This document shows, piece by piece, positions 49,478 to 62,007 of a stretch of DNA of 64,000 nucleotides (positions are counted from its first letter, which is position 1; every line of letters begins with the position of its first letter). Under the pieces are notes generated by a model. The model saw only the letters and a program-made list of their open reading frames with translations. It did not search any database and was not told the origin of the DNA. Source of the DNA: Octopus vulgaris (lineage: Eukaryota). Location: positions 99,448,001-99,512,000 of the forward strand of contig OX597821.1 in the NCBI GenBank assembly GCA_951406725.2, given 5' to 3'. Both the position numbers and the translations under genes were made by a program.

Positions 49478-51085
49478 AGTGTAGATGAGGTGCAGTTCGG
49501 ATTTGTGCCAAGTGGAAGCACAAGAGTTGCTATACTCCTCGTTAGGCAACTGCAGGAGAAATATTTAGCCAAAAATAAACCTCTGTACCTGGCTTTTGTT
49601 GACATGGAGAAAGCCTTTGAAAGGGTCCCTTACTCCCTTATCTGGTGGTCAATGTGGAAGCTAGGGGTAGATGAGTGGTTAGTAAGAGCTGTACAAGCCA
49701 TGTACAGGGATGCTGCCAGTAAGGTGAAGTTTGGCAATGAGTATAGCAATGAATTCAGTGTACAGGTAGAACTCCACCAAGACTCAGTTCTCAGCCCCCT
49801 CCTGTTTATCTTAGTCCTCTAGGCCTTAACAGAAGAATTCAAGATCAGCTGTCCCTGGGAACTCATCCTACACTGATGACTTTGTTCTTATAGCTGAATC
49901 ACTATCTGACCTAGAGAAGAAACTTCAGGTGTGGAAACAAGGTTTGGAATATAAGGGTTTTAGCATTAATCCAGCAAAAACTAAAGTCCTATTGAGTAGG
50001 AAAACAGACAAGTCACAAATCCCTTCTGGGAGATGGCCCTGCTCAGTGTGTAAGAAGGATTTGGTAGAAACTCCATGTATTGTATTCAGTGCAAGCTTTG
50101 AACACGTAAGAGGTGCAGTGGTATCAAAAGAAGGAGAATATAGTCTTTGTGTGTGGCAAATGTGCAGGTACAATAAGCACTAAAAATACGCAGGCAATAG
50201 GCTCCCTCATATGCTCAGGTGAATCATTAGAAGTAGTTGATAGCGTCTGTTACCTAGGAGATCAAGTTAGCTGTGGGGGAGTTCTGAAAGTGTAGTTGCT
50301 AGGATAAGAAAAGGCTGGGTGAAGTTCAGAGAGCTTCTACCTTTGTTGGTAATTAAGGACCTCTTCCTCAGAGTGAAAAGCAGATTGTATGATGCCTGTG
50401 TACATACAGCTATGTTACATGGCAGTGAAACATAGGCTTTGACTACAGAGGACTTGTGAAGGTTTGAAAGAAATGAAGTTAGCATGCTCCACTGGATGGG
50501 TAATGTCAGTGTGCATGCAAGTGTAAATGATTTAAGAGGAAAACTTTGTATAAGAGGCATTAGATGTTGTGTGTAAGAGAGAAGGCTGTGCAGGTTTGGT
50601 CATGTGACACATATGGATGAGGACAGCTGCATAAAGAAGTGCTGAGCTCTAATTGTGGAGAGAACCAGTGGAAGGGGTGGACCCAGGAAAACGTGGGATG
50701 GAGTGGTGAGAAAGGATCTTCTGACACTGGGCTTTGCTGAGGAAATGACAAGGGACCAGTAGATGTAGCGATTTGCTGTACTTGATAAGACACCTCAAGG
50801 TAAGTGAAATCACTGTCTTCCACACACAGGCTTGTTCTCTCAGGTGCTGGTGTGACATAAAAAGCACCTGTACCAATGCTGTGTTAATGCACCCACTCCA
50901 GTGCTGTATAAATGCACCTGTGCTGGTGGCACATGAAAAGCACCCAGCACACTCTATTGAGTGGTTGGTGTTAGGAAGAGCATCCAGCCATAGAAACCAT
51001 ACCTCAACAGACAGCTGGAGTCAAACCGTCCAACCCATGCCAGCATAGAGAGCAGACGTTAAACAACAATGACGATGATGATGAT
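49478..51085 (+). mobile_element. 5-prime-truncated, decayed RTE-type LINE (RT domain to 3-prime tail)
   Basis: QFGFVP...YLAFVDMEKAFERVP...LHQDSVLSPLLFILVL, then a frameshifted YxDD region, stops, and a 3-prime UTR ending in (GAT)n. A more degraded relative lies at ~19130-19620. Confidence 0.88.
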
Positions 51086-51332
51086 TATATATATGTATGT
51101 ATACACACACACACACACACACACACAAATACAGTGGGCTCCTTACACAGTTTCTGTAACTTAGCAGTTTGGTAAAAGTGATTGATATAATAAGCTCCAG
51201 GCTAAAACCGTTCCTGGCATGATTTCAGTCTAATGACTAAAACAATAAGAGATAAAGGATTAAAAAAAAATGTGGGGGTTTCAGAGGATTAGCAATTTAC
51301 TGAAATGGGTTGCAATGGTAAAATGTTAGGGG

Positions 51333-51595
51333 CAGGGGCACAGCTAGGGTAAAAAGTGCCTAGGACAAGCATCAAAATTATGCTCCTCCCATTCCACAAC
51401 CAAAAAGTGGGAATTCGCATAGAAAAATAAATAACTGGTTTTAAAAATTTGCATGGCGATACGCAAAACAAACCCTGCCTGAAAAGGTTTAAGAATTTTT
51501 TTTAATAACTTAATTAGAAAATGATCTTGGCCCAAATTGTGCACCCTACTCAAAGTGGCATGTGCCCTGCTTGCCCCACCCTAGCTATGCTCCTG
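51333..51595. mobile_element. Old hAT-like MITE
   Basis: Ends CAGGGGCACAGCTAGGG / CCCTAGCTATGCTCCTG; flanks GTTAGGGG / GTTGTGGG. Confidence 0.6.
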
Positions 51596-52053
51596 GTTGT
51601 GGGATCTTGCTGACTTAGGGATCTCTTTTATTGGTTGGTATTTTAAATAGCAGATATCATATATAACATTAATTCAAGACCAGAAAAGACGACAAATTCT
51701 TTTTAGGTGTATTTTACTATAGAAAATATGTGTGATAAACATAATTGTGAAGCATAAAAAAAAAAAATAGTTGAACGTAATAAACAATCCGTGTGTTGGA
51801 GAGTTTCTGACTTTTCTTTGGTTTAAGATAAACAATAAATGCTAAGGGAAGTAAGTCATATACATTCCAAGTAAATCTGATAACAGAAGTTTACTGTATA
51901 TGGACGTATTTACCTTGTAGTCTGATGGGTTCACCCTTTTCCCCCCTCTGTCTTTCTCCCTCTTTTTCTTTCTACCTCTCTGCCCCTCTGTGTCTTTCAT
52001 AGCTTTTCACTCTCTTTGTCTCACACACTTAAAAAGAAACCCACCCACACACA

Positions 52054-52106
<53 letters not shown>

Positions 52107-52254
52107 ACAGATAGTGCACTGACACATAGTTATTAAAAAAAAGTAGGGCAACTATATTTTGGTTGGTGATTAAATATAAAAGATTATGTATGTGTGTATG
52201 TGTGTGTGTGTAGATCTATATATGTATACATATATGCACATGTATATGTATGTA

Positions 52255-52319
<65 letters not shown>

Positions 52320-54264
52320 AAATATATGTGTATACATACATGTATATGTATATATGTGTGTGTGTGTGTATGTGCATGTATGTGTGTATATATATATGTA
52401 TATATGCACATATGTATGTGTAAATATGTAAACTACACACAAACACATACACGCACACAAAAACACTCACACACAGATTGTTCGTGTTATGTAGTACACA
52501 GATTGGTTCTCATTGAGGAGATCTCTGTTCAAAGACACTCCACTTGTGACTGTCCCATTCCATCTTATCTCATGTTTTATTCAGATATAAGCCGATGCAC
52601 CTGTCATTACTTGAATACTAAGCATTGATTCTTCATTAGGTTGTGCAAAGGGGATAAGGTAAATGGTAACCTTGCCCCTGAATGCTGATTGTTGGCACCC
52701 ATTTTTCTACTTGAACAAGGACTGTAGTATTAAAAATGATGATTTGAAAGTAGGAATTGTACTTATATATTTGTGTGCATAAGTGTTTGTGTACAAAGTG
52801 TGTTAAAAAAATAACCAACTTTATTTTTTTCCCCATTAAAACTAATGCAGCATATGTAAAATCCTTTAGGTGAGAGGTGACCCTACCCATCCTGTACATG
52901 TGTGAAAAATTTTGCTCCAGTAAGCTGCATCAGTTCCAAGCTGTTACACGTAGAGTGCAGATGTGTAATGTGCGTTTGTCAAATTTTCATTTTCACTGAA
53001 TGCATTGAGCAGTGATATTGCATCACGTTTTGCCAAAAGATTGGTGACACTCAAACGCAAGCCATCTGGATTCAGCAGTCCTGTGGTGGTGACACCACAG
53101 GCAAAACTCAGAACGAGGAGTGATACATCTGCTTCAAACATGACCCTCAGAGGCGAGTGATGCACACTCAAGTAGGCCATCCACAAGCTGAAATGAGGAG
53201 CTGATTGTGAAGGTTCAGTGAATAGTTATGGAAGACCATCATGTAATAATCCAGGAAATTGGTCAAGAAGTGGGAATAAGCAGAGGATTAGTGCATTCCA
53301 TTTTAATGGAGGATTTGTGAATGTGGATAGTGTCAGTGAAATTAGTCCCCAAGGTGCTGGTGGAGCAGCAGAAGCAAGTGGAGGTGCAACGGCCCAATGG
53401 TTAGGGCAGTGGACTCGTGGTTGGAGGATTGCGGTTTTGATTCCCAGATCGGGTGTTGTGTGTGTTTATTGAGTGAAAACACCTAAAGCTCCACGAGGTT
53501 CCGGCAGGGGGTGGTGGCGACCCCTGTTGTACTCTTTTGCCCCAACTTTCTCTCACTCTTTCTTCCTGTTTCTTGTCCCCGACTTCCTACGCAACCATTG
53601 AGCTTGGATGCGCATTCATCCATCCGTCGATGCTCTTGGTGTCGGGGGTTGACCTGTTTTCTCTTCTGTGGGTCTTACGAATAGCAAAGGACCATGGTTC
53701 AGACTGCTAGGACCGGACCGCTCAACAGCAACAGCAACAGCGGCAGAAGCAACTTCACATGGAAATCACTCAAGACCTACTGGAGTGTTGAAACCATGAT
53801 CCAGACTTCATGAAGACCATTATCACTTCTGATGAGACATGGACTTATGGTTTTTGCTCAATGTGTTTGGTCATCTTGCATGAAAACGAAAATCTGATGA
53901 GTGAGCACTACATGTCTGTACTCTAGGCATATCAGTTGGGAACTGATGTAGCCTACTGGTGCAAAAATTGTCATGTATGTGCAGGAAGGGTGACATCACC
54001 TCCAGCCCAAAGGATTTTGCTCACTCAACATTAGTTTTGGCAGGAAAACAAAGTTGGATATTTTGAATGCACCTCATATATATATATATAATACATAATA
54101 TATAATATATAGGTACAGGAGTGGCTGTGTGGTAAGTAGCTTGCTTACCAACCACATGGTTCTGGGTTCTGGGCAAGTGTCTTCTACTATAGCTTCGGAC
54201 CGACCACAGCCTTGTGAGTGGATTTGGTAGACGGAAACTGAAAGAAGCCCGTCGTATATATGTG

Positions 54265-54299
<35 letters not shown>

Positions 54300-55392
54300 C
54301 TGTATTTTCCCCCCTAACATTGCTTGACAAGCAATGCTGGTGTGTTTACATCCCCATAACTTAGCAGTTTGGCAAAAGAGACCAATAGAATAAGTACTAG
54401 GCTTACAAAGAATAAGTCCTGGGGTCGATTTGCTTGACTAAAGGCGGTGCTCCAGCATGGCCACAGTCAAATGACTGAAACAAGTAAAGAGAGAGAGTGG
54501 TAACCACATTTCTTTCAGCAAATTCCTGTCTTGTCTGTCTTTACAATAGATGTCTCATGTTGAAAGGATTTAAGCATTGGAGAGAATCTGAGTAATTAAA
54601 AATTTCTTGCTTGCCACTTGAAGTGTGCTAGCACTTATTTTACTCAACCTCAATAAAGACAGGATGGTCATAGCTAGAATTCCACTTGATATTATGACAA
54701 GAGGATTTGAACTCCTGAATAGTGACAATGGCACAATTATGACAATACCAACTACAACAGAAACATCACCAGTTCTACATCACCACCACAATGGCTGCCA
54801 CTACCACCACCACCACCACCACCACCACCACCATTTTATGTCTGCTTTTCTATGCTTTTATGAGTTGGATTATTTGAGAAAATATGACAAGTTGGAGGTT
54901 TGCATCATATTCCAGTATCTGCTTTGGCATGCTTTCTACTGCTAGATGCTCTTCCTGATGCTGGCTGAATCGTTAGTGCACCGGACGAAATGCTTAGCGG
55001 TATTTCGTCTGCCACTACGTTCTGAGTTCAAATTCTGCCGAGGTCAACTTTGCCTTTCATCCTTTTGAGAGCAATAAATTAAGTACCAGTTACGCACTGG
55101 TAATCGACTTAATCCCTTTGTTTGTCCTTGTTTGTCCCCTCTGTGTTTAGCCCCTTGTGGGCAATAAAGAAATAAGAAATAAGATGCCATTCTTAATACC
55201 AACTGGTTTACAGAGTGTTCTGGGTGCTTTTCTTTTTTCATGGCACCAGCACTAATGATGATTGCTTTGTGACTTCCAAGGCTAGAAGACCATCATGTTT
55301 AGTGCTGGTTCTATGGGGGGGTAAAAAAAAAAGCATCCAGTACACTGTATATTCAATATTTAATGATACAACCTCACTATAATACTACTCAC

Positions 55393-55477
55393 AACATACA
55401 GAGCCAAGTATGGTCATATTGAAGTGTGTTCAGCTGAGAAAACTTCACTCCTTGAATAGTTCTGCTGAGGAGGTCCA
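55393..55477 (-). CDS. SLC4A11: SLC4A11-like exon 3
   Basis: DLLSRTIQGVKF...YDHTWLCM, compared with human LLSDTIQGV...YQQSWLC. Confidence 0.9.
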
Positions 55478-55635
55478 CTGCAAGAAAGAAAGAAAAAATA
55501 GCAAGAAAACAACAAAAAACAGAAGAAAGGTTGGGAGAAAAGAAGGAAAAAAAAAAACAAGGAAGGAAGAAATTTAAGGTTTGTGGGTTCTTAGCAAGAA
55601 TTTTCCTTGATACTATTACTTACATACCTAAAGCC

Positions 55636-56095
55636 GGATCTTTTCGGTTTGAATGGCAGTTTTTAACATAATTTCTAGGTAACTAAAAAATTTTAAACTT
55701 CGTATACTGGTAGAATGTGTTTATAAAACATCTTTTTCTCTTGGCTTTATTGAGAAAATTCTATAGTTTGTAAGATATTTGTTGTTTTTTTTCTTCAATT
55801 TCTGCAATTTCAACCAATCAATGACCGTCTATTGAGGTGAAAACATTCTGTGCCATATGAATATGTCCCTTGTTTAAGAAACAGATTGGGTTTATTTACA
55901 TTTGTGAAGAAAAAAGAAAGCCTTCTCCCCACCCCTAACCCTAACCCTAACCCTAACTAACCTTAACTAACCCTAACTCTAACCCTAACCCTAAAATAGA
56001 TTGAAATGCAATAGATCGATACTAGGGTCATAATTATGGGTGACAATTTCATATGACACCGATAGAAAAAACTGCCATTCAAACCGAAAAGATCC
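55636..56095. mobile_element. Young MITE with perfect 29-bp TIRs, 8-bp TSD and internal (CCCTAA)n
   Basis: TIR GGATCTTTTCGGTTTGAATGGCAGTTTTT and its exact reverse complement; TSD CTAAAGCC at 55628-55635 and 56096-56103. Confidence 0.92.
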
Positions 56096-57105
56096 CTAAA
56101 GCCTTTGTTCCCTATGGAACATAGGCCTATGTCTAATTTTCTCCATTGATCTTGAGTTTAGGATATCCTTTCAGATTTTTTCCTGTTGTATCCATGATTT
56201 TTCAGCTTTGCATCATTAACTTACCCCCAGCTCCTTTTAGGGAGTTCTCTCTTTTGCCTCCCTTGTATGTTCCAGGTCTGGGCCCAACATATAATAGAGG
56301 ATGTTTTATTTAAGGTGTTGCCTATCCATCCCCACTTGCACATTAGGATCTGTTTTTCTGCCTTTCAGATTTTTCTCTAATGCTTCATGTTTCCCTAAGA
56401 AAAGGTCTTCCTCTCTCAGGTCTTGTTGACTTTCAATTATCATTGGTGCTACTGTAACTTTGCTTACTTTTTCTAGGTAGGGATGTTGGCACTGCAAAAA
56501 TCTTTATGAGTGTTCTCTTTTAATATGTTCTTGATAATATGTTTGTATATGTGATAACTTTGGCTGTCACACATGTTTTGGTTTTTTAAAAGTGAACATC
56601 TTTATGAGTGTTCTTCTTTAATATGTTCTTGGCACTACAAAAATCTGTTTTTGATATTTTGGAAGGTCTCACGGAGGCAATGATAAGTGACTGAGACCTT
56701 TGGCGGTATGCTGTGCTTGAGAAGACCCTTCAAGCCAAGTAAAATCATAGTTGTGGTCATTGCCAATGTCACGTAACTGGCACCCATGCCAGTGGCACAT
56801 AAAAAGCACCCATTACATTCTTGGAGTGGTTGGCATTAGGAAGGGCATCCGGCTGTGGAAACCATGCCAAATCAGATTGGAACCTGATGCAGTTCTCTGG
56901 CTTACCAGTTTCAGTCAAATCAAACGATCTAACCCATAAATAGAAACATTATTATTTCTAAATCTCTCAAAGAGAGGTATTCAGTAACAGTGCTTTAAAG
57001 TAAAGGCTATTTGCCAACATAATGTGGCAGTCATGGATGGAATGAATGTTGCTGTTGTTTAGCTCCACCAGCATGGAAAGCAGATGCTGAATGATGATGA
57101 TGATA

Positions 57106-57156
<51 letters not shown>

Positions 57157-57460
57157 GATGATGATGATTGATGATTGATGATGATGATGATTGGTGATGA
57201 TGATTGAGGATGATGATGATGACGATGGTGATGGAGATGGTGATGGTGATGAAGAGGTTGTAGGTATTAGTCCGACCTCTATCCTTTGATCTGTCCTGCA
57301 CTCTGCAGGCATAGTTCTCAGGGTCATAGAGGCACACAAGCCACCGACTGCAACAAGGACCGAATCATGCGGTGGCCATTCAACCTGTGCTAACATGGAA
57401 AAACATACATAAAATTAATAAAATGAACAAACTAATATTATAGCTTTTAAAATAACTTAC

Positions 57461-57668
57461 CTCTTTGCATTGCAAATATGGTTTTCATGAGGTCAGCCAT
57501 ATTGAGATTTTGCTTCGTTTGTGTTTCCAAAACTTTATCAATCATCAACTGGACAATATCTTCCATATTGCTCTCCTCTATATCTAGCAACAGCAATGTG
57601 TTACACAAATAGTTATCCACGTCACGGTGTGCACGGATCTCTTGGGAAAAGTCTTTTAAGGGCAGCCT
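57461..57668 (-). CDS. SLC4A11: SLC4A11-like exon 2
   Basis: RLPLKDFSQEIRAHRDVDNYL (EIRAHRD signature of the cytoplasmic domain). Confidence 0.92.
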
Positions 57669-58471
57669 CTGCAATAGAAGATTGAGATTGATATATCAAA
57701 CCCTGTTAAGTTATCCTTTCTCATCTGTTGGGGGCTCTCAAGAAGCTTGTATCAGTTGGGCCCAAAGCTGTGACCCAGTTGTAAGTGGAGAGAACTGGGG
57801 CAGTATCATCTGTATGTGATTGTCCTGAGTCATTTGGATCCAATGGAGTGACATGGTCAGGTGAGCTAGAGTTGAGACTTGATGCAGAACCTGCCAGAAT
57901 CTTAGTAAAATTTGATGGAAAAACATAGGAGGGGATTTCATTCTGATATGAAGAGTTTTTTTCTCTTAGCCTTCTACTATGTCTGACATTTGTCCTTCAT
58001 TTCTCTGAAGATGACCAGGTTAGAAGCTTTACACTTTGCGGGCCTGAGATGGCTTATTAGGCCAATATTGGCATAAAATCCATGGTTACATTGGGCACAC
58101 ATAATGGCAGATCAGGACCCAGGGGTACATCTCCAACACACACAGGACATTGAGAATATTTGACTCTTAGATGGAGGTTTTCCACAGGCTTGCCTCATAA
58201 GGCAGTAGGAGATGCATTTCAAGTTTGCCATCTCCACATCAGTCTGTTTTTCTTTTCTTTTACTTGTTTCAGTTATTCGACTGCAGCCATGCTGGAGCAC
58301 CACTTTTAGTCGAGCAAATCGACACCAGAACTTATTCTTTGTAAGCCTAGTACCTATTTTATCAGTCTCTTTTGCCGAATCACTAAGTAACGGGGACATA
58401 AACACACCAGCATTGGTTGTCAAGCGATGGTGGGGGGGACAAACACAGACACACAAACACACACATACACA

Positions 58472-58511
<40 letters not shown>

Positions 58512-59489
58512 CATATACGATGGGCTTCTTTCAGTTTCCATCTACCAAATCCACTCACAAGGCTTTGGTCGGACCAAATAATTTCTTTCACACGGGTATA
58601 TCTTTATGATGAGTTTGGATATTAATTTCCTTATATTAATAATAATGATATATTATTAAAAAATATATGTATATATATATATGCATATATATATATATAC
58701 ACACACACATATATATATATATAAGAAATGAGGTACTCAGAAAATTGGATGGTTTATATTTACAGATATTTATTTGTATATTACATTTTTTATACATCAT
58801 ATAAATTAGATCATGTATTAGCGCTTTCTCCCATTCTAGTGGGGTTTTCAAATCAAACTAAGTTCCTGTGTGAGGAGTTTTGACAATTTTATAGTGGTAT
58901 TGAATTTGTGGTGGTGGGGAGGAATATATATATATATATATACACACACACATATATACACACACACATATACATATATATGAACTCCTGTTTTGTGTCC
59001 TATTTTCTTGTTTGCATCACGAAACCTAATAACAATATTATTATTGAAAGATATATTTTTTAAGATACGAAGCAATATTAAAAATGCAACATAAATATAT
59101 AATTATAAATACATAATCAGCATAAATCCTATAATTATCCACAAAAATGATAAACTTCATATATTTATGATTATCTAAATAGGTGTGTCAGCGTTGCTAA
59201 GATGCTGGATGGATTTCTATGTTGTAATCATTCTTGCTCTCTTAAGCTCTGAGTTCAAATTCCATCAGGGTTAACCTTTTGTTATTTAACCTTTTGAGGT
59301 CGCTAAAGTAGCAGTCTTGAACTGGTATTAATTCTTCTCAGAATCCCTAGGGAAAAAGTGGAGCAAATTCAAGGGCTGAGTGATACACAGTCTAGCTATA
59401 CCACTTGGATGGGGATAGGATTTGTTAGGGTTAAAGTACTGAAGACATGCTGTTTGTCACCGGGCCCAAAGAAAGGAGAAGGGAAAAAA

Positions 59490-59995
59490 GAGTACATGGG
59501 GTCATCATCCCTGTTTCTGCTCATGGCAACAGAGTTCTACCTAGCTTTTTAATTACTTAATTGAGAGTAGAGAGGCAAGTTTTGTCCAGTGAATGTTTAA
59601 AAAAAAGATGGGTGAATGTAGCAAGGATGGCACATGTGAACAACGAAGCCACCTTGAGCATAATCCTATGAACCTGGAAAAATTTAAAACAGAGTTACTT
59701 ACTTACAAATAAATGTGTTAACATGTGACATTATTGACCGAGGTTACTGTGGTCTTTTCCGAAGGCTTTTCTTTCCACAGGTTAACCTTATCTGCTTCCC
59801 CCTTTACATTTTACATCGTGACATTTGTGATACACAATCCCTATTGATCGTTTTTTTCCTTTTGTTTTCTTTCTTTTTATGATCCCTTTTGATCGAAAAC
59901 CTACCCCACTTTTTTTTCCCTCCCCAAAAAGAAAAGCTCTATTTTGTAATTTGTCCCCTCTGTGTTCAGCCCTGTGTGGTTAATAAAGAAACATA
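59490..59995 (+). mobile_element. LINE 3-prime remnant (L1/Tx1-like, tentative) sharing its tail with SINE family A
   Basis: Short coding-like end LRVERQVLSSECLKKRWVNVARMAHVN...stop, then TTTGTCCCCTCTGTGTTCAGCCCTGTGTGGTTAATAAAGAAA, which matches the SINE A tail. Confidence 0.45.
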
Positions 59996-60444
59996 ATTAC
60001 TTGATTAAGAGCCCTTTGCTTTTTATGGAGCATAGGCCACCGATGATGTTTCACTTCCATTCTTGACCCTGGGCTGCCTTTTCTTTTCCCAGGTCTTGCT
60101 GATTATAGTTTGTCATCAATGCTTTTGTAACTGGTAGAGATGTTGGCCCTACATAGACCTGTCCAGTATGGGAAGCATTACCAGAAGCTTACACTCAACT
60201 GGAATAGCTCTCAGAGTCATTGAGGTACACAAGCAGTCATATTGCAGCAAGGACCAGACCTTGTAGTGGTTGCGTAACATCTATTTAGCATGTATTTGTG
60301 CTGACTATGTATTGTCTATTAAGGACGGACATACAATGTGAAGTATCACAAGCATTGTTTTTTGGTGGGGGATCAAGGGTCGCATGTGTGTGTGCACACG
60401 TGCGCACATGTGTAAGTCTGTGTGTGTGTGTTTGTGTTTGTGTG

Positions 60445-60490
<46 letters not shown>

Positions 60491-60732
60491 TGTGCATGTG
60501 TTTTTGTGCATGTGTGTGTGTGTGTGTGCATGTATGTGTGCACGTGCGTGTATGTGTGTTTGTGTGTGTGTGTGTGGTTGTGCATGTGTGAAACTGTGGG
60601 TGTGTTTTTGTGTATTTGTGTGTGTGTGTGTGCATGCACATGTATGTGTGTGTGTGCATGGGTGTATGTGTGTGTGGGAGTGTGTGCATGCATGCTGAGG
60701 AGAAAGAATTTCGGACAAGTTCTGTGACTTAC

Positions 60733-60779
60733 CTCATAAACTCTGTACAAAAGTTCTTCATCATCCATAACAGATTCCT
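60733..60779 (-). CDS. SLC4A11: SLC4A11-like most 5-prime exon found (internal acceptor; true first exon not identified)
   Basis: Poly-T tract, tandem acceptors (exon start 60785 or 60779), ESVMDDEELLYRVYE, donor GAG|GTAAGT in phase 0 with exon 2; in-frame ATG at 60768. Confidence 0.7.
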
Positions 60780-60964
60780 CTGAAACTACAAAAAAAAAAA
60801 TGCTAAAATAAATGCATGCATTTCGTGCATGTATATATTTTTATCCACATTCATAGCAACTCATGTTTCTAACTGTAAGCTAAAAAAATCTGTTTTTCAG
60901 TTTATGGGAATTGATATGGGAAAGGCCAACAACCTTCGACACCAATATATTATTATTAAACCTG

Positions 60965-61182
60965 AATATTATTTGGTAGCCATGATAAAACTTCGAGTTT
61001 CAGATGTCGGGGCGGGAACCCATGCCGCCCTCTCTTCAGTTATCAGGCCATCGAAAAAATGCTATGAAAAAGGGGTCATTTTCATAGCATTTTTTTGATG
61101 GCTCGATAACTGAAGAGATGGCGGATTGGGTTTCTGCCCTGACATTCGAAACTCGGAGTTTCATCATGGCTACCGAATAATT
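60965..61182. repeat. Palindromic foldback element
   Basis: Arms of about 100 bp are reverse-complementary (TTATTTGGTAGCCATGAT...AAAATGCTATGAAAA / TTTTCATAGCATTTT...ATCATGGCTACCGAATAA). Confidence 0.85.
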
Positions 61183-61228
61183 GTCTCATATTATATTTAC
61201 AGGTATACACACAGACACACATATATAT

Positions 61229-61615
61229 CAGAGATGTGCCGTCTGGGTAGGCAAGGTAGGCAGTGCCTACCCTGAATAAAATAGATTGATAGCAACATTT
61301 TCCTTTTATGGCAAAATATGCACCTAATTCAATAAAATTATGAAGGTTACTCTGACTACTATGCATAAAATACAAAATATTTTATGTTTTTGTATATTAG
61401 GTAGGCATAATTTGCAGTATTAAAGCTATGCATAGTACTGCTGTAGTACACTTGCTGCATACATTCCTACAACAACGTTTTCTTTATGTGCTATAAAGGC
61501 AGAAGTAAATCTGCCTACAACTCAGTCATGCGCCTGTGTTTGCTTATTTTTGTGTGTTTTACTACAAAAACGTCACCAACTGCCTACCCAGAGTAATTAC
61601 TGACGGCATGTGCTT
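61229..61615. mobile_element. MITE-like element
   Basis: Inverted ends ATGTGCCGTC...GGGTAGGCA / TGCCTACCC...GACGGCATGT. Confidence 0.5.
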
Positions 61616-61973
61616 GATATATATGTGCATGTATGTGTGTATGTGTGTGTGTGTCTGTGTGTGTGTGTCTGTGTGTGTGTACAGTTCAACTTTATAGAAA
61701 ACAAAAGACGAAGACAAGTGAGGGAACAACAAGCAGAAGCATGGAACAAACTGCCAGCATCAGTTGTTAGTTGTCGGAGCACTGCATCCTTCAAAACTTC
61801 CATGCTTCCTGAGATTCGCCAACACTACACATGATTTCCCCCGCTCCATACACACACAAGCATGTATCTGACTCATACACTGTTCGCTTTCCAGACATTT
61901 GTACATTACTGCATATACTTTATACGCACTTTCTGACAAGTTGTGGTGCACCTGAGCACTGCATACAATAATT

Positions 61974-62007
<34 letters not shown>

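Noticed and set aside
55933-55994. True telomere or chromosome-fusion scar
   Set aside because: The tract is short, in one orientation, and enclosed by MITE TIRs and a TSD.
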